Source of the DNA: Ignavibacteria bacterium UBA7675
GTDB taxonomy: Bacteria; Bacteroidota; Ignavibacteria; Kapaibacteriales; UB7675
Direction: 5' to 3'
Assembly: GCA_002483085.1 (NCBI GenBank)
Contig: DLHF01000046.1
Span: 5,313 to 69,312 of the forward strand
DNA length: 64,000 nt
The position numbers were made by a program, and so were the translations under genes. Positions 1 to 9,059 of the stretch are shown here, one piece after another (the first letter of the stretch is position 1; each line of letters starts with the position of its first letter). Under the pieces are notes generated by a model. That model saw only the letters and a program-made list of their open reading frames with translations. It did not search any database and had not been told where the DNA came from.

Positions 1-1728
1 ACAAACAGTGGCATCTTTTCGGCGCCGCTGGCCACACCGCAGTTCAACCTTCCATCGGTTTGGCAGCCCTACTCATTTACCGATCTGAGCGGTGCAGCTC
101 TTGCACGCGGCCTCGCTGTGTACGAAGACACCCTGTTTACGGGCGTTGGCAAGTACCTCTGGAAGCTCGAAGGGAATGCGTTTGTACAGTCGACGGAACT
201 CGATACAACAGTGACGGCTCTTCTCTCCTCACCCGAAGGATTGTTTGTAAGCGATATGTTCTCTGTAGTTCGCTATCCAGATGACGTGCTGTACAACAAG
301 CGCCGTACAAATAATCTCATCAATAGTCTTGCCCGCCTTCCGGCATCAATAGGTTCCCCCGGTATCCTGTTTTCTAAGTTTGGCTTGTCGACAGCGGTAA
401 ACCGCGACAGCCTCGCCTTTCGCACGCCCAACTCGCCGCAGAGCAATCTCTTTATGGATATGACTACTACAGCCGATGGCTCCCTGTGGTCTGCCACAAT
501 CAAAGACGATGCCGGTAGCGGCTTCTCCCGACTGAAAAATGATACGTGGACAAACTTTACTGTCGACAACTACCCAGAATTGCTGACAGATTCGTATGTG
601 CAGATCAATACAGGGATCAATGGAGAAATATGGGCCAGTAGCTGGGGCTTCGGCTTAGCTCATATAGTGCCAGACAATGACGGTTTCGATATTACTGTCT
701 ATGAAACATCCAACTCGCCGATCAATGGTATTTTTACCGGCGGCGATTTCGAGGTGCTCGGCGAAACAGCAACCGACCAGAACGGCGTTACGTGGATATT
801 GGAACACGCCGGTGAAACACGCCCTAATCACAATATTATCGCGCGGGCTGCCGATGGTACATTCTACACGTTCAGCAGGCCAGAAGGCAAGCTTAGAAAC
901 TGGTACTTTAACTCTATTGTTATCGACCAAAGCGGAACAAAGTGGCTGGCTGCTCCCAACGACGAATCGGGCAATGTTATTCTCTATTTCAACGACCGAG
1001 GCACACTCGCCGATAAGACCGACGATATCTGGGGTACAATCGATGCGACAAGCACCTCCCTGCCCGGTGTTATCATCTTTGGTATGGCTGTAGACAACAA
1101 TGGCGTGCTTTGGCTGGCTGGCGAAAAAGGATTGTACGCAATCGACAACCCCTTTGCTGTGGTCTCGAAAAGCAGACTGTTCACACGCTCTATCCCAGCA
1201 CTATCAGGCCAGATTGTCAATTGTATCATGGTCGATGCTCTCAATCAAAAATGGGCCGGAACAAACTCCGGTGTGTGGGTGCTCAACGAAGACGGTACGG
1301 AAGTGCTCGCGCATTTTACAAAGGATAATACTCCAATCCTCGATAATATCGTGACATCGCTTGCCACCGACGAACAAAGCGGTCTGATCTACATCGGTAC
1401 ACGCAATGGGCTTTCCTCTGCATCCAGTTTGTCTATACGCGCAAATGTAGACTTCAACGAACTGCGCTGCTTCCCACAGCCCTTTGTTATTACAGAGGAC
1501 GACGAACTGCGCGTAGAAGGACTGGCAGAAAATTCTGTGGTAAAAGTAGCAACTATCGACGGTGTGTTGGTTCGCACACTCAATAGCCAAGGCTCGCGTG
1601 CCGCTGTGTGGGACGGGCGCAACGATCGCGGCGAATTTGTGGCAAGCGGAGTGTACCTTATCTCCGGCTTCTCCGAGACATCAGGCGAAACTGCTGTTGT
1701 CAAAGCAATGGTGCTGCACAAAGAATAA
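1..1728 (+). CDS. secreted beta-propeller repeat protein with T9SS C-terminal sorting domain; 5' end lies outside the window
   Basis: Frame 1 is open from base 1 (no stop upstream of the listed start at 118); stop TAA at 1726-1728. Repeated propeller-like blades (GEIWASSWGFGLAHI, GVLWLAGEKGLYAI, WAGTNSGVWVL). The last ~80 aa (CFPQPF...VKVATIDGVLVRTL...GVYLISGF) fit the Por/T9SS C-terminal beta-sandwich sorting-domain pattern. Confidence 0.6.
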   Translation, partial: TNSGIFSAPLATPQFNLPSVWQPYSFTDLSGAALARGLAVYEDTLFTGVGKYLWKLEGNAFVQSTELDTTVTALLSSPEGLFVSDMFSVVRYPDDVLYNKRRTNNLINSLARLPASIGSPGILFSKFGLSTAVNRDSLAFRTPNSPQSNLFMDMTTTADGSLWSATIKDDAGSGFSRLKNDTWTNFTVDNYPELLTDSYVQINTGINGEIWASSWGFGLAHIVPDNDGFDITVYETSNSPINGIFTGGDFEVLGETATDQNGVTWILEHAGETRPNHNIIARAADGTFYTFSRPEGKLRNWYFNSIVIDQSGTKWLAAPNDESGNVILYFNDRGTLADKTDDIWGTIDATSTSLPGVIIFGMAVDNNGVLWLAGEKGLYAIDNPFAVVSKSRLFTRSIPALSGQIVNCIMVDALNQKWAGTNSGVWVLNEDGTEVLAHFTKDNTPILDNIVTSLATDEQSGLIYIGTRNGLSSASSLSIRANVDFNELRCFPQPFVITEDDELRVEGLAENSVVKVATIDGVLVRTLNSQGSRAAVWDGRNDRGEFVASGVYLISGFSETSGETAVVKAMVLHKE

Positions 1729-1821
1729 CAGAATAATTGCGAGAATTACGCCAAAATTTTCGAGTACTGACACTTTTTTCTTGGCAACGCGCCTTCTCTT
1801 GCTTATTTTTGTGTTCCCTCT

Positions 1822-1903
1822 GCGGAAGTGGCGAAATTGGCAGACGCACCATCTTGAGGGGGTGGCGCCGTAAGGCGTGCGGGTTCAAGTCCCGCCTTCC
1901 GCA
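1822..1903 (+). tRNA. tRNA-Leu (anticodon GAG), class II with long variable arm; CCA not encoded
   Basis: Acceptor stem GCGGAAG/CTTCCGC plus discriminator A. D-arm GCG..AATTGGCAG..CGC. Anticodon stem CCATC/GGTGG with loop TTGAGGG (T33, anticodon GAG, G37). Variable arm CGCC-GTAA-GGCG. T-arm GCGGG-TTCAAGT-CCCGC. Confidence 0.85.
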
Positions 1904-1908
1904 CAGAA

Positions 1909-1946
1909 AAAAGCCTTCGTACACTGTACGAAGGCTTTTTTATTGA
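1909..1946 (+). terminator. rho-independent terminator downstream of tRNA-Leu
   Basis: Hairpin AAGCCTTCGTAC-actg-GTACGAAGGCTT followed by TTTTTTATT. Confidence 0.7.
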
Positions 1947-1972
1947 ACAGACGTTTTTGAACAGACGTTTTG

Positions 1973-2333
1973 TCGCTTCGGTCTTTGGCCGGAGCCGCCC
2001 TGCGGGACGGCTCTACGCTCGGCCTTCGCACCGCGCAGCACACCCGCCTCGTGGGGTTCATCCTCCATCGCAAAAAAAAGAAACTCGGCTTTGCGTACTC
2101 CAAACGCAATACTGTCTTCCCCCTGCCGAAGCACACCCGACCACAATACCACTACGCTCCCTTCTGGAGGCGGCTGTCAAGAGAATCGAATCAGCTTTTA
2201 CATACCGGATTTCTGTGGTTTTGCAGGTAAGATAGCGGAGAAAGCACGCACGCCACGAAGCGGATGTGCGACCGGCGACAGCGACGTATCGTAAAGCCGC
2301 CTATATAGGCGGCTCGCCGCAACGACGCCCGTG
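1973..2333. repeat. composite copy of intergenic repeat family (module B forward ... module A reverse, ~180-bp internal spacer)
   Basis: GTCGCTTCGGTC...CCTTCGCACCGCGCAGCACACCCGCCTCGTGG at 1973-2065. GCGGATGTGCGACCGGCGACAGCGAC...GACGCCCGTGC at 2258-2333. A 14-bp direct duplication TGAACAGACGTTTT x2 abuts the left end. Confidence 0.6.
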
Positions 2334-2400
2334 CAACTAAACGTAGGAATAGAATAACAGTGCAAATCTGCAATATCTGGCTGCTCTGCGCTCCTTATGC

Positions 2401-3465
2401 TCAATCAGTCTTCAGCGTGAACGAGATCGTCGTCCCCTTGCCTTGCTCGCTTTTGAGATGCACTGTAGATTTATGCGCTTCGAGTATGTGCTTTACAATA
2501 GCGAGACCCAGCCCCGTGCCGCCCACCGAACGCGAGCGGTTTTTATCTACGCGGTAGAAGCGCTCAAAAATGCGTTTGTGGTGTTCGGGCGGGATACCAA
2601 TACCGTTGTCATGTATCTGCACCAGCACTTCTGTTTCGCCCGGTTTCAGCCACACATCTACTTTTCCGCCTTCCACATTATACTTAATAGCATTCTCGAT
2701 GAGGTTTGTAAGAACCTGAGCAAGCCTGTCGCGGTCGCCATAGACTTCGATATCCTCGTCGTCTTGCGGTTCATGGACAGTAATACTCACCTTCTTGGTC
2801 TGCGCCTGTGCTTCGAGATTGCGGGCGATTTCGCGCACGAGCGGAAGCAAAATAAAGTAGCGGAAGCTGAAGCGCATCTCGCCGGATTCAATACGCGAAA
2901 TATTGATAAGATCGGTAAGCAGCGAATTGAGGCGAACGGTATTGGCGTGCGCCTTTTCTACGAACTGACGGCTTACTTCCTGATCCTCTAGCGCACCGTC
3001 GAGCAGCGTTTCTAAAAATCCCTGAATAGAGAAAATAGGTGTGCGAAGCTCGTGCGATACATTAGCGAGAAACTCGCTGCGAACGCGTTCTAACCGCTGC
3101 ATGCCCTCGATGTCCTTGTTCGACTTGTCGGCGAGTTTATTTACAGCGGCATAAGCGCGCTGCGTCTCGGCGAAATCGGTGTTTTCATCGGCAGTAATAC
3201 GCGAGTGTGTAGAGCCTTCGCTAATAGCACGCGACACAACGGCAATGCGCGACACCGAGGCCGCAATACGGTCGGAAGTGCGAGCAGAAAACCAGAATAC
3301 CACTCCGAGGCTAGGAGCCAGAAGCAGGAGTGCTGCTATAATGCCAACCGTCGCAGAAGAATGAAAAAGCGCCGGAACTAACAGCGCAATTCCGGCGAAA
3401 ACAACGAATGCGAAGATAAAAATCAGGGAAAAATTTCGCGCCTGATACGCACGCAGAGAGATCAA
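2401..3465 (-). CDS. two-component sensor histidine kinase (2 TM, HisKA + HATPase_c; PhoR-like)
   Basis: H-box LANVSHELRTPIFSIQGF, N-box LIENAIKYN, G-boxes DNGIGIP and GGTGLGLAIV. The listed ORF runs to 3615 but overlaps the upstream regulator gene. TTG at 3465 (..MISLRAYQARNFSLIFIF, immediately before TM1) is my preferred start and is uncertain. Confidence 0.75.
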   Translation of the reverse strand: MISLRAYQARNFSLIFIFAFVVFAGIALLVPALFHSSATVGIIAALLLLAPSLGVVFWFSARTSDRIAASVSRIAVVSRAISEGSTHSRITADENTDFAETQRAYAAVNKLADKSNKDIEGMQRLERVRSEFLANVSHELRTPIFSIQGFLETLLDGALEDQEVSRQFVEKAHANTVRLNSLLTDLINISRIESGEMRFSFRYFILLPLVREIARNLEAQAQTKKVSITVHEPQDDEDIEVYGDRDRLAQVLTNLIENAIKYNVEGGKVDVWLKPGETEVLVQIHDNGIGIPPEHHKRIFERFYRVDKNRSRSVGGTGLGLAIVKHILEAHKSTVHLKSEQGKGTTISFTLKTD

Positions 3466-3488
3466 CGTCTGCCAGCCTTTATTGGATG

Positions 3489-4196
3489 TTAATTGAATCG
3501 GTAGCCAACACCTTTTACCGTGTCGATGTAATGTCCGTACTTGCCAAGTTTGTCGCGGATTTTTGAAATATGAACATCCACAGTGCGGTCGATTACGTGA
3601 ATGCTTTCGCCCCATATACGGCGCAGCAGCACTTCGCGGTCGAATACTTTGCCCCTGTTGGCAGCAAGAAACGCCAGCAGTTCAAATTCTTTTTTCGGGA
3701 AAAATGTCTCGACATTGTCGATCCGTACAGTGTAGTTCTGCCGGTTGATTTCCAGTGCTTCGACCTGTAAGATCTCGGGCGCTTTTATCGTTTCGGTCTT
3801 TATTTTTTGAGCAGCTCTCCGCAGATGGCTTTTTACACGCGCTACAAGCAGCCGTGGACTGATCGGCTTCTGGATGTAGTCGTCGGCTCCCAGCTCAAGC
3901 CCGAGAATCTCGTCAATCTCACCCGATTTCGCCGTGAGAAATATCACTGGCGTTGCTGCTGTGTCGGGGTCTGCTCGCAAAGTACGGCATACCTCGAATC
4001 CGTCCATCTCCGGCATCATAATGTCGAGCACAATAGCATCGGGACGGTATTGCCGTGTTTTGGCTACCCCCTGTGCACCGTCTGCAGCGGTAAGCACATT
4101 AAACCCTTCTTTTTTCAAGTTGTATCCTATCAGCTCGACAATATCTTCTTCATCATCGACAACCAGGATGGTTTTATTGTACATTTCATCAGGCAT
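3489..4196 (-). CDS. OmpR/PhoB-family response regulator (REC + winged-helix)
   Basis: Internal ATG giving MPDEMYNKTILVVDDEEDI. Residues upstream in the listed ORF lie in a duplicated non-coding segment. REC motifs DD..D..K. C-terminal trans_reg_C (VHISKIRDKL...GVGYRF). Confidence 0.85.
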   Translation of the reverse strand: MPDEMYNKTILVVDDEEDIVELIGYNLKKEGFNVLTAADGAQGVAKTRQYRPDAIVLDIMMPEMDGFEVCRTLRADPDTAATPVIFLTAKSGEIDEILGLELGADDYIQKPISPRLLVARVKSHLRRAAQKIKTETIKAPEILQVEALEINRQNYTVRIDNVETFFPKKEFELLAFLAANRGKVFDREVLLRRIWGESIHVIDRTVDVHISKIRDKLGKYGHYIDTVKGVGYRFN

Positions 4197-4268
4197 AGTA
4201 GTACGACATATAGTTGTACAAAAATACGAGTTACTGGTGCTACATTTCAGTGGAAGCCGAGTTAAAAT

Positions 4269-4504
4269 AGGTAAAATTTTGGTAATACGCGAACCGGCAG
4301 ATACGCCACAACAGCCCATCAGACGAATATAAGCTGTTTTGGTACAGAATTACGGTAATGGCGAGGTCAGGCAGAGACAAGAGACTGGTAGGTAAAATTT
4401 TGGTAATACACGAACCGGTAGGTACGCCACAACAGCCCATCAGACGAATATGAGCTGTTTTGGTACAGAATTGCAGCCGCGACGAGGTCAGGCAGAGACA
4501 AGAG
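4269..4504. repeat. two tandem 115-bp direct repeats (~93% identical) in the regulator promoter/leader region
   Basis: Unit 1 4269-4383 and unit 2 4390-4504 (GGTAAAATTTTGGTAATACRCGAACCGG...GGTCAGGCAGAGACAAGAG). Unit 2 overlaps the last codons of the 4488-5618 gene. Confidence 0.85.
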
Positions 4505-5618
4505 GCAGGCGCACTGTAACAGTGGTTCCGGTATTAAGCGCACTTTCTATGGCAAAATGCCCGCTGAATATCTGGGTGAGGAGCTTTACGAGGATAAGTC
4601 CCAAGCCGGTTCCCTGCTGCTCGTGTAGATTGCGATGAAACTGGCTGTAAGCGCCGATGCTCTTAATCTGCCCGGCATCCATGCCGCGCCCTCTGTCGAT
4701 CACTCTGATTTCGTACAAGTCGCTGCGTACAGCCGATTGCACAAGAATAGAGGTGCCCGCAACTGAGAACTTGAGGGCATTGTCGATAAGCTCGAAAACT
4801 ACCTTGTTGAAGCTCTCGTAACTCATTCCTACAGCGGCGTTGTCGAGCTGAAGCTCAATATCAGCAGCTCGGCCTGCATTGCGCGCATTCAGCGCTACAA
4901 GGTCGTGGATTACTTCTGCGGCATCATTCACTACTTCCCGGCGCAGCCGTATCAGCTCGTCGGGCTGGGTCAGCACAGCCTGAATCTGGGTGTAAAACAA
5001 AAAATTCTCGGCGATCTTTTGCAGCCGCCTTCCCGACTGGCTTACCGAAGTGGTAAGGTCGCACAATTCCTCGCGCGCAATCGCGATGTTCAGGTCGGAG
5101 TCCGATAGCATGCCGTGCAGGATATCTGTTCCGCCGAGAATGCCGTTGAGAGCTGTGCGGAATTCGTGTGGCAAAGCACTGGAAATACTTTCGCGCAGAT
5201 GGTCGAACATTTCTTCGTAGCGCTGCGCTATCCGGTCCTTCTTCATCATGTGGTTCCGCACACGAGCTACTAGCAGCCTCGGGCTGACAGGTTTCTGGAT
5301 GTAATCGTCGGCGCCGAGTTCGAGCCCCCGAATCTCGTCCGATTCAAGTGCACACGCTGTCAGAAAAATAATAGGTAACGACGAAGTGACGGGGTCCTGG
5401 CGTAGGACACGGCATACTTCAAACCCGTTGAGCTCTGGCATCATGATATCGAGTATGACGGCATCGGGCTGATGCTGCCGGGCAAGCTCTATAGCCTGTA
5501 CTCCGTCGAAAGCCGATAAGACATGGTATCCTTCTTTTTTGAGATTATAACTTATTAACTGCACTATGTCCTCTTCGTCATCTACAACGAGGACAGTCTG
5601 GTTAAGCATCATACACAC
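4488..5618 (-). CDS. hybrid response-regulator receiver / histidine-kinase-like protein (N-terminal REC, C-terminal HisKA-like + HATPase)
   Basis: REC about 70% identical to the REC of the 3489-4196 regulator (VLVVDDEEDIVQLISYNLKKEGY...LELGADDYIQKPVSPRLLVARV). H-box-like ALPHEFRTALNGILG. G-box GTGLGL. Confidence 0.75.
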   Translation of the reverse strand: MCMMLNQTVLVVDDEEDIVQLISYNLKKEGYHVLSAFDGVQAIELARQHQPDAVILDIMMPELNGFEVCRVLRQDPVTSSLPIIFLTACALESDEIRGLELGADDYIQKPVSPRLLVARVRNHMMKKDRIAQRYEEMFDHLRESISSALPHEFRTALNGILGGTDILHGMLSDSDLNIAIAREELCDLTTSVSQSGRRLQKIAENFLFYTQIQAVLTQPDELIRLRREVVNDAAEVIHDLVALNARNAGRAADIELQLDNAAVGMSYESFNKVVFELIDNALKFSVAGTSILVQSAVRSDLYEIRVIDRGRGMDAGQIKSIGAYSQFHRNLHEQQGTGLGLILVKLLTQIFSGHFAIESALNTGTTVTVRLPLVSA

Positions 5619-5792
5619 GTTCCGTTTTTACCACCGTTCCGCAAAATTAGAAATAGCGGCAGGTTTACCTGTGTAAATTCTCGGTAACATACCCCTCATG
5701 TGTGGAAATACTCAACACGAAACACATCTACTACTTGTGCGCGGCAAAAAACCGCATCGGCAAGGCTATAATTTCTCTCTACCTTGCTCTCT

Positions 5793-6079
5793 GGGGCGTT
5801 CTGCCTCTGCTCCTGCGTTCCCTCTCCGCACCGCGCAGCACGCCCGCCGCGTGGCTATTCACCCCCCAATCGCATGCAAAATGCCCCTCGTCGGGCATGG
5901 ACAGGTTCTCCTTCTTGCGTGGTAGAGATTCTGTGCATATCCTTTCCGGCGGCAGTCCTTTGGCCAGCAACCAACCGGCATTATCGTAAGCACGATGCGC
6001 GGACGAGGTCGACCGGCAACAGCGACCATACGGTAGAGCCGTCCCGCCAGGGCGACTCCGCTGCAACGACGCCCGTGCC
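5793..6079. repeat. composite repeat-family copy (module B forward + partial module A reverse)
   Basis: CTCTCCGCACCGCGCAGCACGCCCGCCGCGTGG at 5822-5858. GCAACGACGCCCGTGCC at 6063-6079. Confidence 0.55.
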
Positions 6080-6180
6080 ACACATCGCCCCACAACAGAA
6101 ACGGCAAAAAGCGTTGTGTTCTGCAACATTTGCAGCACACTGCGTTTGCAGAGGTCGAAAAACAGGGGTAACTTGCAGAT

Positions 6181-6864
6181 ATGGTACAAAAATTACAGAC
6201 AGCGGTGGCCGAGGACTACCTTCGAACCATCTACAAATTGCAGCAGAACGAAGGCGATGTAACAACAAGCAGGCTGGCGTCTGCGATGAACGTCTCATCA
6301 GCTTCTGCTTCGGATATGCTCAAAAAGCTCGCTTATGATAAATTGGTGCGCTATCGGCCTTATTACGGCGCATCGCTTACCGATCAAGGGCTGGCGATTG
6401 CCTTGGCCGTAACACGCAAACACAGGCTCTGGGAAATGTTTTTGGTGGAAACTCTCGGCTTCAGTTGGGATGAAGTTCACGCTATTGCTGATAAATTAGA
6501 ACACTACACGCCTGCGCTGTTAGAAAAGCGCATCGACGAAAAATTGGGCTTTCCGACTGTGGACCCACACGGCGACCCAATCCCCCGCTCCGATGGCGAA
6601 ATCCACCATTCTAATGTCGCTCTGCTGGCCGACCTGGCGCTAAATACTCCCGCTGTGGTAAGCCGTGTCTCCGACGACAATCCCGAAATACTTCAGTATC
6701 TGGCTAAAATCGGTATGAAGCTCGGGCAGCGTATCGTTGTGCGCGAAAGTATTCCTTTCGACAATACGCTGCACATCGATCTGGAGGGCAAGGAGCTCTT
6801 CCTGAGCAACAAGCTCGCAAACAGCGTGTTCGTGTCGGCTGACGCTGTGGAAACTCCCTCCTAG
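6181..6864 (+). CDS. DtxR/MntR-family metal-dependent transcriptional regulator with C-terminal FeoA/SH3-like domain
   Basis: N-terminal HTH (TSRLASAMNVSSASASDMLKKL), dimerisation/metal-binding region (RKHRLWEMFLVETLGFSWDEVHAIADKLEH) and a C-terminal FeoA-like tail. Confidence 0.85.
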   Translation: MVQKLQTAVAEDYLRTIYKLQQNEGDVTTSRLASAMNVSSASASDMLKKLAYDKLVRYRPYYGASLTDQGLAIALAVTRKHRLWEMFLVETLGFSWDEVHAIADKLEHYTPALLEKRIDEKLGFPTVDPHGDPIPRSDGEIHHSNVALLADLALNTPAVVSRVSDDNPEILQYLAKIGMKLGQRIVVRESIPFDNTLHIDLEGKELFLSNKLANSVFVSADAVETPS

Positions 6865-6898
6865 CGTGTCTGGCTACAGGAGTGGCAGTACGAACTGG

Positions 6899-8170
6899 CT
6901 ACAACAAGGCAGCAGCTTCGTTGCCTTCCTCTTCCATATCAGCAGCAGGAGTGGGCGGCAGACGGCGTTTGGCAAGCCAGTCGTTGAAAAACATCATGAG
7001 CACAGCGGTACTGGGAACGGCCAGCAGCAACCCGAGCAGACCAAAGAAGTAGCCAAAAATAAACAGCGAAGCAATCAGCATCAGCGGATGTAATCCTACC
7101 CGTTTCCCCACTATACGCGGTTGTAGAAAGTACGTATCGGCAAAGTGCAGCCCCGCTACAATGAGCATGATAAAGCCCAGCCCAGCTAAAAAGTGGTCAT
7201 TACCGGTGAGCATCAGGATAATTACCCCTACAACCATGCTCGAAAACATCCCGATATATGGGATAGGATTGAGCAGCCCGCATACCAATCCGAGCAGCGC
7301 CGGGTACGGAATTCCCGCTACCGTGAACAAAAGCGACGCTGAAATGCCCACAAAAAACGCGGCTATAATTTGTCCGCCCACATATGCCTGCACGATAATA
7401 TTGATGCGATGTAAATCGTGGAGCAGCTTGTCGTTTTTGCCTTCGAGCGCTACGCGGATAAACTGCTTCAATTTGTCGAAATCCTTCAGGAAATAGAACA
7501 GCAAAATCGGCACGAGAATCACGTTAATCACTTGAGTGGCAATGCCCGACAGGTTCGTAAGAAAAACAAGCAGCGCGCGGAAAACTGTCTCAAAAATGCC
7601 TTTCAGGCGCGGTATGATTTCCGTCTGCATAATCTCGCGCAGTGTAGAGCTTGGCAGCCCCAGTTTGGGAAGCTCGCGGAAAAATTTCCGGCTGCCCAGA
7701 TATTCGTTGTAGTCTACAACTATCGACGACACTTGGCGGATGATATCATCGAGCTGTGTGTAGATAAGCGGGAACACAAACACTGATATCAGCGCTACAA
7801 GCCCCACGCCTACCGCCACAATAATAAACGCTATAAGCACACGCGACACATTCCTCCGCTGGAAAAACGTCACTGTCGGGTCGAGAATATAGGCGAGCAC
7901 AAACGATACAATGAACGGCACTAGCAGAAAAGCTACTTCGCGCAGTATCCACACCATAAAAGTAATGCCTGCCAGTAGTATCATACGCCTGATAAGCGGC
8001 GACTCTTTACGCATCGGAAACAGAAGAAACATGAGAGCCCCAAACAGAACAAAGGGGCTCATAGCGAGCTGCGTAAAATAGAGAAAACCGATGTAGAGAA
8101 TCAGTCCAGCCGCCAGAGCGACCCCCACGATAACCTTGCGGTTCTGGTTGTGATACATGCTCGTTTGCAT
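6899..8170 (-). CDS. AI-2E family (PerM/UPF0118) membrane transporter
   Basis: 423 aa, about 8 predicted TM helices, family-typical glycine-rich C-terminal helices (GLHPLMLIASLFIFGYFFGLLGLLLAVP). Confidence 0.7.
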   Translation of the reverse strand: MQTSMYHNQNRKVIVGVALAAGLILYIGFLYFTQLAMSPFVLFGALMFLLFPMRKESPLIRRMILLAGITFMVWILREVAFLLVPFIVSFVLAYILDPTVTFFQRRNVSRVLIAFIIVAVGVGLVALISVFVFPLIYTQLDDIIRQVSSIVVDYNEYLGSRKFFRELPKLGLPSSTLREIMQTEIIPRLKGIFETVFRALLVFLTNLSGIATQVINVILVPILLFYFLKDFDKLKQFIRVALEGKNDKLLHDLHRINIIVQAYVGGQIIAAFFVGISASLLFTVAGIPYPALLGLVCGLLNPIPYIGMFSSMVVGVIILMLTGNDHFLAGLGFIMLIVAGLHFADTYFLQPRIVGKRVGLHPLMLIASLFIFGYFFGLLGLLLAVPSTAVLMMFFNDWLAKRRLPPTPAADMEEEGNEAAALL

Positions 8171-8292
8171 TAAAAAGGAAGGGAATTAGGCTGCGCCCAA
8201 AATTAACAAGATCGGTGGTGAATCAAATGGATTTTTTATAAAAAAGGCGCTGTAGAAACAGCGCCTTCCAGTACATACTTCGTCAATTTTTC

Positions 8293-8727
8293 TTAATGTG
8301 AAGGCTCGGCTTTGCCGCAATGCTCGTCGAAAGCATACACAAGAGCCGAAGCAATCGTCTCGGGCATACGGCCTTCGATATGATGACGGTGGATAATGTG
8401 TATAAGCTGCCCGTCCTTCATCAAAGCCATTTGCGGCGACGACGGCGGCTGGTTGGTAAAATAGTCGCGTGCACGCTGTGTGGCCTCTAAGTCCTGCCCG
8501 GCAAACACAGTAACAATGTGGTCGGGAAGTACATCGTGCTTCATGGCAATCGCTACTCCGGGGCGCGCTCCGGCGGCGGCACAACCGCACACAGAATTTA
8601 CCACAACAAGGGTTGTTCCCGGCTGCTTCATGGCTTCGTCGACATCAGCAGCATTGCGGAGTTCTTTTATTCCAAGCCGCGTGAGCTCTTCGCGCATCGG
8701 CTGCACAAGCATAGGATCATAAGGCAT
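8293..8727 (-). CDS. thioredoxin-fold protein of the BrxA/BrxB (YphP/YqiW, DUF1094) bacilliredoxin type with CGC motif
   Basis: 144 aa. Conserved VVNSVCGCAAAGARP segment carries an unusual Cys-Gly-Cys redox motif in the position expected for bacilliredoxins. Confidence 0.55.
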   Translation of the reverse strand: MPYDPMLVQPMREELTRLGIKELRNAADVDEAMKQPGTTLVVVNSVCGCAAAGARPGVAIAMKHDVLPDHIVTVFAGQDLEATQRARDYFTNQPPSSPQMALMKDGQLIHIIHRHHIEGRMPETIASALVYAFDEHCGKAEPSH

Positions 8728-9059
8728 AGTAGTTCCTTTTCTCTTATTATTTCAGGGAATAACAAATTCAGGTGCATGGACGATTGTTATTGCGAATTAT
8801 CGTACAAGCCCCCGATAGTTAATACATATTCGCTATGGTGGCAACTTACAAAAGTTGTGTGCCGTCGCGCAACAATCTGTGTCTCATCTTTTCCAGTTGG
8901 CACGTGCTCATAGATTTTGCAATGGCAGAAAGCAGCTCGTAGTATTTATCAGGCAAAACCTGCATATTGCAACATTCATATTCCATTACACGGAAACACA
9001 GTTTGTTCGTCTACAGCAAGCAAGATTTTATACGACAGCAACCGAACCAAATACGAGTC

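Noticed and set aside
1822-2400. Integrative element at tRNA-Leu
   Set aside because: There is no integrase/recombinase gene and no direct repeat of the tRNA 3' end downstream. The adjacent DNA is a repeat-family copy followed by a two-component operon.
4269-4504. Possible CRISPR array (here and at 30494-30774, 53612-53674)
   Set aside because: Repeat units abut or are separated by near-identical sequence rather than unique spacers. Unit lengths (115, ~70, 21 bp) and decay patterns do not fit CRISPR. No cas genes are in the window.
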